A DNA stretch of 64,000 bases from an uncultured Planctomycetaceae bacterium (GCA_963785305.1 CAWAUV010000008.1:1152001-1216000), one strand, 5' to 3'; counted from the first letter of the stretch, positions 1-11,872 are shown. The notes: generated from the letters alone by a model not told the origin. Program-made: numbers and translations.

Positions 1-1479
1 CGGATCAGTCGCGATAGCGATATCGAAATGCTGGAGCAAGAGTCCGACGACATGCTGCGACTGATCGAAGAACGTCTCAAGACTCGCCAGCGCGGCGAGC
101 CGGTGCGCATGGAAGCGCCGGTCGGGGCCGACGACTCGATCGTCAAGCGAATCATCGAGGAGGAGTCGCTCCGCGTGCCGCCCGACGGCGCGACCGATGG
201 CTACAGCGAAGTCTATTGGTTGCCTGGCCCGCTCGACCTCACGGCGCTCATGGAACTGGTCGCCGCGCCTGATCGCGATTATCTCCGCTCGCCGCCGTTC
301 ACGCCGCAACCGGCGCGCGGGCTGCGCGGGCGGGGCGACGATCTCTTTGCCGCGATCGCCCGCCGCGACATTTTGCTGCATCATCCCTACGATTCCTTCG
401 ACCCGGTGGTCGAGTTCGTGGCCAATGCCGCGAAAGACCCGAAGGTGCTGGCGATCAAGCAGACGCTCTATCGCACCGGCCGCGACTCGCCGATTGTGCG
501 CGCGCTGATTCAAGCGGCCGAAAGCGGCAAACACGTGACCGCGCTGGTCGAGCTCAAGGCCCGCTTCGACGAAGCGCGCAATGTGAGTTGGGCGCGGCAA
601 ATGGAGCGCTCCGGCGTGCATGTGGTGTTTGGCTTTCTCGATCTCAAGACGCATTGCAAGGTGTCGCTCGTCGTGCGGCAAGAGGGCAATGTGCTGCGGC
701 GATATGTCCACTTGGGAACCGGCAACTACAACTCGGCCACGGCGCTGCTTTACACCGACTTCGGCCTGTTCACCGCCAACGAGGACTATGCCGAAGACGC
801 CTCGGCGCTGTTCAACCTCTTGACCGGCTATTCGCAAGGGCACCACTGGCGAAAACTGGTCGTGGCGCCCGAACATTTGCAAAGCACCACGCTCGACCTG
901 ATCAACGAGCAAGCCGAACGAGCCAAGGCCGGGCAGCCGGCGTATATCTTCGCCAAGCTCAATGCGCTGGTGGACTATCAAGTGATCGAGTCGCTCTATC
1001 ACGCCAGCCAAGCCGGAGTGCCGATCGATCTTTTGGTGCGCGGCATTTGCGGTTTGCGGCCGGGATTGCCGGGCATTTCGGAAACGATTCGCGTGCGAAG
1101 CGTGGTCGATCGGTTTTTGGAACACAGCCGGCTGCAAGTATTCGGGCCGCCGGAAGATTGCCGCGTGTATATGTCGAGCGCCGATTGGATGCCGCGAAAC
1201 TTCCATCGCCGGGTCGAAGTGATGTGCCCGATCGAGCAGCCCGATCTCAAGCAACGCATTTTGCGGGAAGTGATTCCGATCTACCTGCGCGACAACATGC
1301 GGGCGCGCATTCTCACCAGCGACGGAACCTATGTGCGCGTTCCCCGGGCCGAGGGCGAGCCCGCGCATCGCTGCCAGGAAGAGTTCCTGGCCTTGCGCCC
1401 CGTGTTCACGGTGGCCAACGATCGCCTCACGACCGCGAACTCGAACGATGGGGTGGCGCTGATCAAGCCCGCGCTCTAA
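1..1479 (+). CDS. ppk1: Polyphosphate kinase 1, 5'-truncated by window edge
   Basis: Frame open from base 1. Motifs LLHHPYDSF, IKQTLYR, ELKARFDE, KTHCK (phospho-His), GTGNYN, RFLEHSR, SSADWMPRN. Confidence 0.96.
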   Translation, partial: RISRDSDIEMLEQESDDMLRLIEERLKTRQRGEPVRMEAPVGADDSIVKRIIEEESLRVPPDGATDGYSEVYWLPGPLDLTALMELVAAPDRDYLRSPPFTPQPARGLRGRGDDLFAAIARRDILLHHPYDSFDPVVEFVANAAKDPKVLAIKQTLYRTGRDSPIVRALIQAAESGKHVTALVELKARFDEARNVSWARQMERSGVHVVFGFLDLKTHCKVSLVVRQEGNVLRRYVHLGTGNYNSATALLYTDFGLFTANEDYAEDASALFNLLTGYSQGHHWRKLVVAPEHLQSTTLDLINEQAERAKAGQPAYIFAKLNALVDYQVIESLYHASQAGVPIDLLVRGICGLRPGLPGISETIRVRSVVDRFLEHSRLQVFGPPEDCRVYMSSADWMPRNFHRRVEVMCPIEQPDLKQRILREVIPIYLRDNMRARILTSDGTYVRVPRAEGEPAHRCQEEFLALRPVFTVANDRLTTANSNDGVALIKPAL

Positions 1480-1500
1480 CGAAACCGGTGGACCATCTCC

Positions 1501-1977
1501 ATGCAACCGTCCGTGGAAATCGCGTTCGATTGTTTGCCGCTTCGCTCGGTGGGCCGCCTCGATGCGCCGCTCGACGCCTCGCCCAAGCACCGCGCCCACT
1601 GCGAGCGGGTGCAGGCGGCTGTTCAACGCCACGGGCGCCACAATTCGTATTATCTCTACAACGCCCATTGCCGTTTTCAGCTTACGAGCGACCCCAAGAT
1701 CGGCATGCTCGACTTCACCTATACGGGCGTGGTGCTGACCGACTCCAGCGATCAGCGGGCAGGGACCTGCGATCTCGAGATCGAACTGGCCCGCGAAACG
1801 TGTGATTGGCTGAATGACCCGGCGGTGGAGTTTTTCAAGGATACGGTGCGTCGGGCGGTGCTGCTCGAATTCGACCGTTATATCCAAGCCGGCGACTTGG
1901 CCCTCACCTTGCGGCGGCTGGCGCGGCTGCAATCCGAAAGCGACGAAGCAGGCGGCTACATGGGCATGTTTCTGTAA
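1501..1977 (+). CDS. Conserved hypothetical protein (planctomycete-type), 158 aa
   Basis: ATG 21 nt after ppk1 stop, host-like codon usage, globular composition; no motif recognised. Confidence 0.7.
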   Translation: MQPSVEIAFDCLPLRSVGRLDAPLDASPKHRAHCERVQAAVQRHGRHNSYYLYNAHCRFQLTSDPKIGMLDFTYTGVVLTDSSDQRAGTCDLEIELARETCDWLNDPAVEFFKDTVRRAVLLEFDRYIQAGDLALTLRRLARLQSESDEAGGYMGMFL

Positions 1978-2054
1978 GCCCTCCGCGGCGGTAGGCGTTA
2001 GCAGCCTTTTGAAATATTCAACTGGCTGCCGGTCGGCCACGGAGTCGTGCTTCT

Positions 2055-3704
2055 TCAAAAGCCCAGGTCTTCGCCTTCGTGGGTCACGAGGCCGATTTGT
2101 TCCTTGGAGCCGTGGCGGCCGTTGTACCACAAGAGCCATTTTCGGCCGTCGAAGATCGCGTAGGGCTTGTACACCGCGTCGTGGTCCCAGGCGTTTGGAT
2201 CGGGATGAATGATCGGATTGGCCGGGTGGCGCTTCCAGCCGCTGACGCCGTCGGCGGATTTCGCGAGGCCGATCTGGGCATGGTCGCGATCGCGGAATCC
2301 AATGTAAAACATGAGATAACCATCGCCCTGGCAAAGCACTTGGCAGGCCGTCACGCGCTCCCGCTCCCAAGCAAGGCTCGGGTCGGGCCGAAAGATCGGA
2401 TTGTCGCGATGCTTGGTCCACGCGAGTCCGTCGGGACTGGTCGCATAGCCGATCGCGTTGGGCTCATATTGTTCACCGCCCGAATACCACATGCGATAGA
2501 GTTTGGCCTCGGCGTCGTGGATGACATGGGGACACATGACGGCCACGTTTTCCCAAGGCGCTTCGGCCGACAGCACCGGCTGTCTGCTCGCGCGGCGCCA
2601 GGTTTTGCCGTCGTCGCTCGTGGCAAGGCCGATCCATGACTTGCCGCGCGCTTGGCCGGTGTACCACATCTGGTAGCCGCCGCCCGGCGGGGCGTCGTTC
2701 CCCGGGGCGCCATTGCCCTGGACGTCGACCCGTTTGATAACGATCGGGCGATTGATGTCGCTCTCCCATTCGGTCTCGGGATTCGGCCCGAGCACGATCG
2801 TGGGCTTCGACCATGTAACGCCATCGTTGCTTTCGACCAGGGCGATGCTTTTCTTGGGCCGCCAAGAAAACCACATGCGGTAGATATCGCCTTCCTTGAG
2901 CACCGAGATGTCGAAGCATGTGCCCAATTCGCCGCCGAGCACCGGATTGTGGGCATACTTCACCCAGCCGGCCACGTTGTCGCCGGCGCCGCTGGCGCTG
3001 CCCGCCGCGAGTTCTCCCTGAATCGAGTCGCCGGCGAGTTTGGCGAGCAGCTCGTAGGCCGGGGCGGTCCAGTGAAATTGGTCGCCGCGCGCGAGATCGA
3101 GTTTGTCGACGAGCGAGCCGTAAAAATCGTTGATCGGCACTTGCAATTCGCGCATCACCTTGGCCGCCAGGCGATTGTGCTCCACGATGATTGGGTTGAT
3201 CGTCGGGTCGAGCTCCGTGGGCTTGCCCTTGACGGTCACCGGAGTGCTTGCGGCCCAAATGATCTTGGCCTTGGGCAGCTTCCGCCGAATCACCTCGACA
3301 TAGGCTTGGGTGAGCGGCTCAAACGCCTCGGGCTTGATCCTGCCGGGCTGCCAGCCATGGAGGCCCATGTTGAAATGCACGACATCATAGGGGCCTTGGT
3401 CGAGCACTTCGCCGAGCAGTTTGTTCAAGTGTTCGGACTGACAATGGGGATTTACCCAAGCGTCGACATAGGCTTTGCCCTCGAGCGATCGCGAGACCTG
3501 CTTCAAGTAGCCGTTCAAGATCGAGTCGCCGATGAGCAGCACGCGCGGCCGGGCCGGGTCGGCAATCGCCGCTTTATCAAGCCGCCAACCGTTTCCATCG
3601 GCATGCAGCCTCGCGTCGGTCTCGGCCGGCGGCGGCTGTGTGTCGGCGGCGAAAGCCACCACCGGCATCAAGAAGGGCACGGCGAGCGCAATCAACTTGA
3701 ACAT
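2055..3704 (-). CDS. Secreted SGNH/GDSL esterase fused to a five-bladed beta-propeller glycoside hydrolase (GH32/43/130-like)
   Basis: Signal peptide [19 protein letters not shown] at 3704; SGNH blocks LIGDSI, FNMGLH, DQFH; C-terminal half has repeated YRMWY/IGxAxSxDGxxW and NP(I/V) blade motifs. Confidence 0.8.
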   Translation of the reverse strand: MFKLIALAVPFLMPVVAFAADTQPPPAETDARLHADGNGWRLDKAAIADPARPRVLLIGDSILNGYLKQVSRSLEGKAYVDAWVNPHCQSEHLNKLLGEVLDQGPYDVVHFNMGLHGWQPGRIKPEAFEPLTQAYVEVIRRKLPKAKIIWAASTPVTVKGKPTELDPTINPIIVEHNRLAAKVMRELQVPINDFYGSLVDKLDLARGDQFHWTAPAYELLAKLAGDSIQGELAAGSASGAGDNVAGWVKYAHNPVLGGELGTCFDISVLKEGDIYRMWFSWRPKKSIALVESNDGVTWSKPTIVLGPNPETEWESDINRPIVIKRVDVQGNGAPGNDAPPGGGYQMWYTGQARGKSWIGLATSDDGKTWRRASRQPVLSAEAPWENVAVMCPHVIHDAEAKLYRMWYSGGEQYEPNAIGYATSPDGLAWTKHRDNPIFRPDPSLAWERERVTACQVLCQGDGYLMFYIGFRDRDHAQIGLAKSADGVSGWKRHPANPIIHPDPNAWDHDAVYKPYAIFDGRKWLLWYNGRHGSKEQIGLVTHEGEDLGF

Positions 3705-4044
3705 CGTGGAGGAGGTCCTTTCAGTCCGCGGCGTGGGCAATATCGTCGGCTCGGCGCGAAATTGTGAGGCCGACGGAAACTTTCCCGGCTGGGGTGTTAA
3801 TTGCAACAAGGCGACCAATTTGCCGCGAGTCGTGCATTTTCAAGCGATTTGCCGATCCGCGACGAAAAGGCTTTTTGGGGCGCTCTTGCAGGATAATCCG
3901 TCGCGGCACGCGCCGCACGCAAAATCGGCTCCGCGGCGACGACGAATTGCTCCTCCGCGCACTAGAGCTACCCGCGGCGCGGCTGGCGAACCGGCGAACA
4001 CGGACTCGTTCGTTGAATTTCTCCAAGGAGAGGGGATTTCAGAA

Positions 4045-5368
4045 ATGAATGCGGGAAAGCGTGTTGTTATTGCTTTCATCGCGCTGGCGACTTCCGGCGC
4101 TGCGCTGCTCTTCCACGCGGCGGCTGCGGAACCGCAAGGCGCCCCCTCGGCAGCCCTCGCGCCGGGGCGCCGGCCTTGGCGCCCGACGACGAACCGGTCT
4201 CGCTGGCTTCGGCGTGGCAGTCGGCCGGATTGCCGCCAGTGGCAAGTGATTCGCTCGAAGCCGAATTGAGCGGCCTGCGCGACGACAATCGGCGCCTGCA
4301 AGATCGCATCGCGGCGTTCGAAGCCGATCAAGCCTCGGCCGCGCCGAGCGCTCCGTCGCCGTTTCGCGATGCCAGTTATCGGTCGCTCGCCGCGCAGCCG
4401 CCGGCTGTCGCGCAGGGCGTGATCTCGCCCAATTACTGGGCCGCCGGACCCTCGGGCTCATGGATCGGCGGCGCGAGCGTCTATGTCTTGGCGCCACGCT
4501 GGAGCGGCGGCAACACCGCCTATTACACCTCGACGCCCGCTTCTCCGGCCTTCGCGAATTCATACGCGATCACCCAATTTCGCACACCCACGCAAGCAGC
4601 CCCCGCTTGCTGGTTCGGCTATGTGCATGCCTCGGGCTACGGCGCCCGCGTGAATTTCTTCTACTACAACCAGTACTGGAACACGACCGGCACGTCGAGC
4701 GCCACGACCGACATCACCGACGCAACCGCCGCGCTCTCGACGACCTATGGCGCCTCGGGCACGACGACGCCGTTCAAAATCGGAAGCTCCTTGATGATCA
4801 ACGCCTGGGACTTCGAAGGCACGCGGACGGCGGGTAATGATGTTTGGACCTACACCACCGGCGCCGGCGTGCGCTACCTCTACATGAACCAAGCCTACAC
4901 CGCCCAGTCGACGGTCGGCGGTTTAAGCATGGTGAACGCGCGGAACATGTTCAATGGCGTCGGTCCCACGCTCTCGGCCACCGGCCGGCGGCGACTTGGC
5001 CGTCGGGCCTCGGCTTCTATGGCAGCGGTCGCGGCGCGGTTCTGTTCGGCAGCCACTTGCAGAACATGACGACCAATTTCGGCCCCAATGTCTCCGAAGG
5101 TTTCATTCAGGCCAACTCGGCGTCGCAGTCGTGGGGCGTAATGCCGTATGCGCAGCTCGAGTTCGGCCTCGATTTTCGCCGCCCGGTGCTGGGCGGCCGT
5201 TCGCTGCTCGTGGTGGAAAACGGCTTCGTGGCCATGGCGTTCCTCAACGCCGGCACGCCGAGCAACACAACGACGATGCTCCAGCCGCTCGAACAATCCA
5301 ATTCGCCCTTGAGCAGCGCCACGTTGGGCCTCGTCGGCCTGCGCTCGTCAATCGGGTTCGTTTATTGA
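4045..5368 (+). CDS. Putative outer-membrane beta-barrel protein (BBP7/Lpg1974-like), two apparent frameshifts
   Basis: Signal peptide [15 protein letters not shown], short coiled coil, GVRYL..NQ and FNGVGPT motifs, C-terminal aromatic strand SSIGFVY. Stitched from frames at 4045, 4176 and 4844; shifts near 4165 and 5000. Confidence 0.62.
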
Positions 5369-5494
5369 TTGCTACCCAGCGCGCACCGCGGCGGCGCATC
5401 ACACAAGCCTGAAGCGCAAGCGAAGCAATGTCGCGGCGCGCAACGATGCAAGTTCGATGGCGCGTCCGCGCCGGGCGCTTCCTTCGCTGGCGAT

Positions 5495-6629
5495 TCAGGC
5501 TTCCGAGTCGCTCGCTTGCCAGCCGGCTTGCCGTTCGTGTTGGAATTCCGCGAAGCGGCCGGCTTCGATCGCCTCGCGCAGCGCCGCATGAGACGCTGGT
5601 AATAGGTGATGTTGTGCGCCGAGAGCAGCACCGGCCCGAGCATCTCGTCGACCATGAACAGATGCCTCAGATAGGCCCGACTATGGCGGCAAGCCGGGCA
5701 GGGGCAATCACGCTCCAACGGCGCCGAGTCGCGCTCGTAGCGTCGGTTTCTAAGTCGCACCGGTCCCGCGTCGGTAAAGGCCATCGCGTTGCGGCCGTTG
5801 CGCGTGGGGAGCACGCAATCGAAGAGGTCGACCCCTCGGGCCACGCCCGCCAGCAGGTCCTCGGGCCGACCGACGCCCATCAGATAGCGAGGCCGCGCGG
5901 CGGGCAAAGCCGGCGTCACCACATCGAGCATCTGGACCATTTCCTCGTGGGTCTCGCCGACGCTGAGCCCGCCGATGGCGTAGCCGGGAAAATCGAGCTT
6001 GGCCAAGGCTTCGGCCGACTCCTGGCGAAGCCGGGCGTCGAGGCCGCCTTGCACGATGGCGAAGAGCGATTGATCGGCCCGGCGGTGGCTGCGCCGGCAG
6101 CGCTCGGCCCAGCGCACGGAGCGCCACATCGCGTCGCGCACCGTGTCGAGCGTGTTGGGCAGGGCCACCACATGGTCGAGCACCATGGCGATATCGCTAC
6201 CGAGCGATTCTTGGATCGCGACCGCGCGCTCGGGGGTCAGGTCAAATGCGGCGCCATCGAGATGCGATTGGAAACAAGCGCCGGCCTCGGTCACGCGGGC
6301 CTTCTTCGCGAGACTGAAAATCTGGAATCCGCCGCTATCGGTGAGGATTGGCCCTTGCCAGCCGCAAAAGGCATGCAGCCCACCCATGTGCTCGATCAAC
6401 TCGGGGCCCGGGCGCAGGGCGAGGTGGTAGGTGTTGGCCAGAATCATTTGGCGCCGGTGGCGCGGAGCATGGCGAGGGCCAGCCCCTTGACCGTGGCCTG
6501 GGTGCCGACCGGCATGAAGGCGGGCGATTCCACGACGCCGCCGCCGGGCGATTCGGCATGGCGTGGAAAGGTCAACCGCCCGCGGCGGGCGAGCGTGTGC
6601 TTGTCGACGCCGAGCAGCGAAAATTGCAT
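5495..6629 (-). CDS. tgt: Queuine tRNA-ribosyltransferase (tRNA-guanine transglycosylase), two apparent frameshifts
   Basis: [48 protein letters not shown], Zn site CPCPAC..H. Shifts near 6447 and 5580; corrected stop at 5495. Confidence 0.94.
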
Positions 6630-6703
6630 CGGCGCCAGACGCGCGGAGGAAGTCGCCGGCGCTTGCGCGGAATCGACCACGGCAGTTTTGTCCCCGGCGG
6701 GTC

Positions 6704-8026
6704 TCAGTCGCCGCGCAGTTTGATGCCGTGCTGGGTCAATTTTTCACGCACTTCATTGAGGCTGGTCACGCCGAAGTTCTTGCACTCGAGCAGATCGTCG
6801 CCAGTGCGCCGCACCAACTCGCCGATCGTGTTCAGCCCCAGCCGAATCATGCACTTGCGCGCCCGCACCGAGAGGTTGAGGTCGGCGATCGGGCGATCGA
6901 GCAGCGCTTGCTCGTCGGGCGACATGAACTGCTGCTCCACGACGGGCTCGGGCTCCACCTTTTCGGTGGCCAATTGACCGAGGCTGAGTCCCTTGGAAGA
7001 GAGCATCTCGCGGATCTCGACCAGCGAGGTCTCACCGAAATTCTTGCTTGCCAGCAGGTCTTGCTCGGTGCAGCGGGCCAAGTCGCCCAGGGTTTTGATG
7101 CCCATCTTTTGCAAGCAGTTGCGACTGCGCACCGAGAGCTCGAAATCGCTCACCGGCACATTGAGCACCTGGCTGATGCGGTCGCGGCGCTTTTGCGCGT
7201 CTTCGTCGTAGAACATGTCGCCCGAGGCGGCGGCGTCCTTAAGAAACAGCCGGGCTCGGGCATGCGTCGGATCCGAGTCGAGAATGCGCTGGTAGCAAAG
7301 CTGAGCGCGGTCGTATTGCTGGCGGTCTTCGTAGAGCACGCCGAGATTCAAGAGGTTGCCCACGCTCGGCGGAAACTGGGCGACGGAGCGTTCGTAGAGA
7401 TCGAGCGCCACATCGTCGTTGCCATGGCGATCGTTTTCCAGGGCGAGGCCAAACAGAGCGCCCGAATGGTTCGGGTCGGCCTCGACCGCGCGCTCGAAGA
7501 GCGCGGCGACTTCTCGCGGGTTGCCGCCAATGGCAGCCACCGTGGACCCACGCTGATAGAGATATTCGGCCGATTGCTCGACCGCGCCGCTGAGGGAATC
7601 GAGCGTGGCCAGGGCGGCGCGCGAGTTCCCCGATTGACGCTGGGCCTCGGCCTTGGCCAAGGCGCAGTCGTCGGCGTTGTAGCCAGCCTTCACCGCCGAG
7701 GCGTAGTGCGCGAGCGCGGTGTCGAACTGCTTGAGGGCCACATTGGCTTTGCCCAGGGTGAAATGCGCCAGCGCCCCGCCATCGCCGCTTTTGAGCGTGG
7801 TGATGGCGAGTTGGTAGCGCCCGAGCAAGTAGTAGCACACGCCGAGCCGCACCGAGGCGGCCGGGCTGCGATCATCGCGAGACTCGAGCTCTTGCACCGC
7901 GTCGCGCAAGGTGCGGAAGGGAACGATATCCTCGGCGATGGCGTGCTGCAATTGGCGGATTTCTTGCGGGCCAAACGCCCCGTCGGCCAGCACCATCTGT
8001 TTGACATCAAGCTCAAGCGTCGGCAT
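6704..8026 (-). CDS. TPR-repeat protein with two tandem RNA polymerase alpha-subunit C-terminal domains
   Basis: N-terminal TPR-like helices, then [18 protein letters not shown] and [18 protein letters not shown], each resembling alpha-CTD (E. coli LTVRSANCL..PNLGKKSL). No alpha-NTD. Confidence 0.9.
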   Translation of the reverse strand: MPTLELDVKQMVLADGAFGPQEIRQLQHAIAEDIVPFRTLRDAVQELESRDDRSPAASVRLGVCYYLLGRYQLAITTLKSGDGGALAHFTLGKANVALKQFDTALAHYASAVKAGYNADDCALAKAEAQRQSGNSRAALATLDSLSGAVEQSAEYLYQRGSTVAAIGGNPREVAALFERAVEADPNHSGALFGLALENDRHGNDDVALDLYERSVAQFPPSVGNLLNLGVLYEDRQQYDRAQLCYQRILDSDPTHARARLFLKDAAASGDMFYDEDAQKRRDRISQVLNVPVSDFELSVRSRNCLQKMGIKTLGDLARCTEQDLLASKNFGETSLVEIREMLSSKGLSLGQLATEKVEPEPVVEQQFMSPDEQALLDRPIADLNLSVRARKCMIRLGLNTIGELVRRTGDDLLECKNFGVTSLNEVREKLTQHGIKLRGD

Positions 8027-8189
8027 GGGACAAAACTCTCCGGATAGCTTTCGATTTTGATCGAGGGATTTTTCTCGAATCGTGCAATTTAGCCGATTTT
8101 GGCCTGGGGACAAGCCGGGGTGGCGGCATTTCCTCGTTGAAACACCGATTGTCGCCCGCATTGCAATACGCGGCAATACGCAATCGCGA

Positions 8190-9092
8190 CTAGAAATTGC
8201 ACCACACCACCTCGGTCATTCGCTGTTTTTCCGTCCCGCTCGCGGCATTGTTCGGAAGATCGAACTCGTGAACTGCCCAGCCTTTAAGCAATTCCGCATA
8301 CAGCGGCGACGGGTACCCGCTCAGCATCACCTTGCCCTGGCACTGCTTGAGGGTTTCGAGCAACTCGACATGGTCGGCTTCCTGCATCTCGTGGGCGTAG
8401 GCGTCGAGCGACTTGCGAGTTTCGTGCAGATAGGGCGGGTCGCAGTAGAACAGCGTCGTCGGCGTGTCCTCGCGGCGAATTAGCTTCACCGCCGGCATGT
8501 TCTCGATCAGCACTCGCTGGAGCCGGTTATGAATCTCGGGCAGACCCTCGACCGTGCCCAGCCACTCCGACACATTGCCGTTCATGCCGCGACGGGTTCG
8601 ATTGCGAGTCACGGCCGTGAAGCTGGTCATGAGGCCGGAACGGCTTTGGCGGCAGTCGACGAAGAACGCCACGGCGTCGGCCACCGGGTCTTGGCCATAT
8701 TCATGTTCGTGCGCCGCGGTCCAGGCGTCGCGAGCCACGGGAATCGCTTGCATTTGGCGCGAGAATTCCCTGAACCGCTCGGGGCTTTGCAGTACGCGCC
8801 AAAAGTTGATGAGCCGGCCATTGATATCGTTGGCCACCTCGCTCACGCCGTTTTTCGGGCTATTTTTACTAAGCCAAAAACGCGGATCGCCGGGATCGCG
8901 CGTGAGCAACACCGCGCCGCCGCCGAAAAACGGCTCGACATAATGCAAATGGGGCGGCATCAGCCCAAGAATGCGCCGCGCGAGATAATACTTGCCCCCA
9001 TGCCACTTCAAAGGAATGCCCATGATGCTCGTTTGTTTCTCTCGCGGGGTATTGCCTGGCGGGGTCTCCCTCGAGCGACTATTCGTTGACAT
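8190..9092 (-). CDS. Dam/D12-family N6-adenine DNA methyltransferase (orphan)
   Basis: KWHGGK, motif I EPFFGGGAV, NDIN, motif IV FYCDPPY, MLSGY, EVVWCNF. Start at 9092 (overlapping pfk) or 9023. Confidence 0.9.
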   Translation of the reverse strand: MSTNSRSRETPPGNTPREKQTSIMGIPLKWHGGKYYLARRILGLMPPHLHYVEPFFGGGAVLLTRDPGDPRFWLSKNSPKNGVSEVANDINGRLINFWRVLQSPERFREFSRQMQAIPVARDAWTAAHEHEYGQDPVADAVAFFVDCRQSRSGLMTSFTAVTRNRTRRGMNGNVSEWLGTVEGLPEIHNRLQRVLIENMPAVKLIRREDTPTTLFYCDPPYLHETRKSLDAYAHEMQEADHVELLETLKQCQGKVMLSGYPSPLYAELLKGWAVHEFDLPNNAASGTEKQRMTEVVWCNF

Positions 9093-10383
9093 GCGTTTCG
9101 AGGAATCGGGCCAGGCGATGAAAGTCGCTGCCCGGCTCGATATGCCGCACCACGGTCACCAGGCTTTCGGGATCGACCAACTTCTCGAACGGCACATAGT
9201 CGAGCTGGAACTGTCCATGCACGCTGACCATGACGCCGTCGCGTCCTTCCTCGACCAGCGCGCGATATCCGCCCACGCCCAATTGGCTGCCAAGCATGAT
9301 ATCGAACGAATGCGGCGCGGCGCAACGCGACTCATAGCCCAATTGCAGGCCGGTGATCTTGCGCGAGCGGCCGGTTTGCACCCGATACTCGTCGCTGACG
9401 AGCCGCGAGAAGAGCCGCGAAAGATTGATCTGCGACACGGCGATGTGTCCGTGTTCGTCGCGCGTGACGCCTTGCAGATAGCTCATCGGCAGATATTCGG
9501 CCAGACCCTCGGCCATGACGATCACGCCGAAGTCCTTCTTTTCCTTTTCCTCGCGGGCACGCACCGTGGCGACGATGCGCTTCACGACTTCGTTGACGTT
9601 CATGATCTTTCGCTCGCGGCGTTCGCCCGAGGTCGGATCGACGATCTGTTCTTTATCGAGATATTTGCCGGTGATGTCCTCGACGCTGATCACGAGGCTG
9701 GCTTCCCCGGCGATCGCGGTGCCATAGGCGAGCCAGCCGGCGCTGCGGCCCATGGTCTCGGCCAGGAAGTAGGCGCGGCAGGCCTCGGCGTCGGCGAGCA
9801 GATTGCGAATCTCGACCGCCAAGGTCTCGACCGCCGTGAAGTAGCCGAACGTGAAGTCGATGCCGGCGTAGTCGTTGTCGATCGTTTTCGGCAGATGCAC
9901 CACTGGAATCCGCTCCTTGTCGGCCGGCAACCGGTCTTGATAAAGCTTGAACTTGTTGGCGGTCTTCAGCGTGTCGTCGCCGCCGATCGACACCAGCGCG
10001 TTGACGCCGATGGAACGCAGCGCTTCGTCGACGGTGCGCAACGGCGCGATCCGCTGCGGGTCGGACATGTGCGAGGGATGCGAGATGCTCTTGCCCGGAT
10101 TCGCGCGGGCCGAGCCGATGATGATGCCCTGCGAGCCGCGGGTGCGCCGCAGCGCGTGTTGATCGAGCATGATGTAGTCGCGGCCCAGTTCCATCGCGCG
10201 CTTGTCGAATTCGAGCAGTTGCGAATAGCCGTAGAGGATGCCGACGACTTCGATATCGTTGCGCAAAAACGAAATCGCGCAAGTCGAGATCACGGCATTG
10301 GCCGCGGGGGCCGGACCGCCGGCGAACAAAATGGCCACGCGGCGAATATCGGTCTTCGTTTTCGGGGGGCCGGTCAAAGTCAT
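9079..10383 (-). CDS. pfp: 6-phosphofructokinase, probably pyrophosphate-dependent
   Basis: AGGPAPAAN, IGGDDT (Asp typical of PPi-PFK), LPKTIDND, MGRSAG, LGYESR. Confidence 0.9.
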   Translation of the reverse strand: MTLTGPPKTKTDIRRVAILFAGGPAPAANAVISTCAISFLRNDIEVVGILYGYSQLLEFDKRAMELGRDYIMLDQHALRRTRGSQGIIIGSARANPGKSISHPSHMSDPQRIAPLRTVDEALRSIGVNALVSIGGDDTLKTANKFKLYQDRLPADKERIPVVHLPKTIDNDYAGIDFTFGYFTAVETLAVEIRNLLADAEACRAYFLAETMGRSAGWLAYGTAIAGEASLVISVEDITGKYLDKEQIVDPTSGERRERKIMNVNEVVKRIVATVRAREEKEKKDFGVIVMAEGLAEYLPMSYLQGVTRDEHGHIAVSQINLSRLFSRLVSDEYRVQTGRSRKITGLQLGYESRCAAPHSFDIMLGSQLGVGGYRALVEEGRDGVMVSVHGQFQLDYVPFEKLVDPESLVTVVRHIEPGSDFHRLARFLETHVNE

Positions 10384-10526
10384 GTGTGCTTCTCCGCGAA
10401 TACTGGGGGTGCCTCGCGGCGCTGGCCGCGCTGAAAATCAATCCGTTTCATTCAGTATCGCCGCGCCTCCGCCGGCGATTTAGCGCGCTGTCGGCGCCGT
10501 CGTCGCCCGCGATTCGCGCCGGTGGC

Positions 10527-11872
10527 TTACGAGACCAGCCCGCTCCGCTCGACGAACGTCGTATCGACGCGTCCCTCGGCAAACGCGGCATGCGACAGAA
10601 TCGCTTTGTGCAGCGGCACCGTGGTCTTGATGCCGGTGATGCGCAGTTCGTCCAACGCGCGGAGCATGCACTCGATCGCCGTGCGGCGATCTTTCTGATG
10701 CACGATCAGCTTGCCGATCATCGAATCGTAGTGCGGCGACACCGTATAGCCGGGATACGCATGCGAATCGAATCGCACTCCGAATCCGCCCGGGATCATC
10801 ATCCGCTCGATCTTGCCGGGCGAGGGCAAGAAATTCTTGGCCGGGTCCTCGGCATTGATGCGGCACTCGATCGCCGCGCCGCGCGACACGATGTCTTCTT
10901 GGGTAAACGGCAGCGGTTCACCCGCCGCGACCCGAATCTGGGCTTTGATCAAGTCGATCCCGGTGATCATTTCCGTGACCGGATGCTCGACCTGAATTCG
11001 CGCGTTGACTTCGATGAAGTAAAAGTTGTCTTGTTGATCGACGATGAACTCGACCGTGCCGGCGTTGGTGTAGCCGCACTTCTTGATCAGCCGCACGGCC
11101 GCTTCGCAAATTTCGCGGCGTTTCTCGGCCGAAAGATGCGGCGAGGGGCTCTCCTCGATCAGCTTTTGGTGGCGCCGCTGGGTCGAGCAGTCGCGCTCCC
11201 AGAGATGCACCGCGTTGCCGTGATGATCGGCCAGAATCTGCACTTCGACATGCCGCGGATGCTCGATATAGCGTTCGAGATAAATACTGCCGTCGCCAAA
11301 GGCAGCCTCGGCCTCGGTGCGCGCTTGCTGCCAGCGCCACCTTGAGCGCCAGGTCGTTCGCCGCCACGCGCATCCCGCGCCCACCGCCACCGGCCGACGC
11401 CTTGACGAGCACCGGAAAGCCGATTTCGTGGGCCACGCGCACCGCTTCGTGTTCGTCGGTGAGCAGGCCCTGGCTGCCGGGCACCACCGGCACGCGGGCC
11501 TCGCGCGCAGCACCGCGCCGAGTTCTTGTCGCCCAGCTTGGCCATGGCTTCGGGCGTGGGGCCGATGAAGTCGATATTGCAGGAGCGGCACACATCGTTG
11601 AAATGCGCGTTTTCCGAAAGAAAACCGTAGCCGGGATGAATCGCCTGCACATTGCCCACTTCGGCGGCGCTGATCACGCGGTCGATCTTGCGATAGCTTT
11701 CGGCGCCCTTTGCCGGGCCGACGCAAAACGCATCGTCGGCCAGTTCCAGGTAGGGAGCGCCGCGGTCGGCCTCGCTAAAGATGGCCACGGTCTCGATGCC
11801 CATCTCCCGGCAAGCGCGAATTACGCGCAGCGCAATCTCGCCGCGATTGGCCACCAGGATTCGTTTGAACAT
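10527..11872 (-). CDS. accC: Acetyl-CoA carboxylase biotin carboxylase subunit, apparent frameshifts near 11510 and 11330
   Basis: [76 protein letters not shown] across three frames. Confidence 0.95.

Noticed and set aside
6704..8026. Second rpoA gene
   Set aside because: No alpha N-terminal assembly domain and no ribosomal-operon context.
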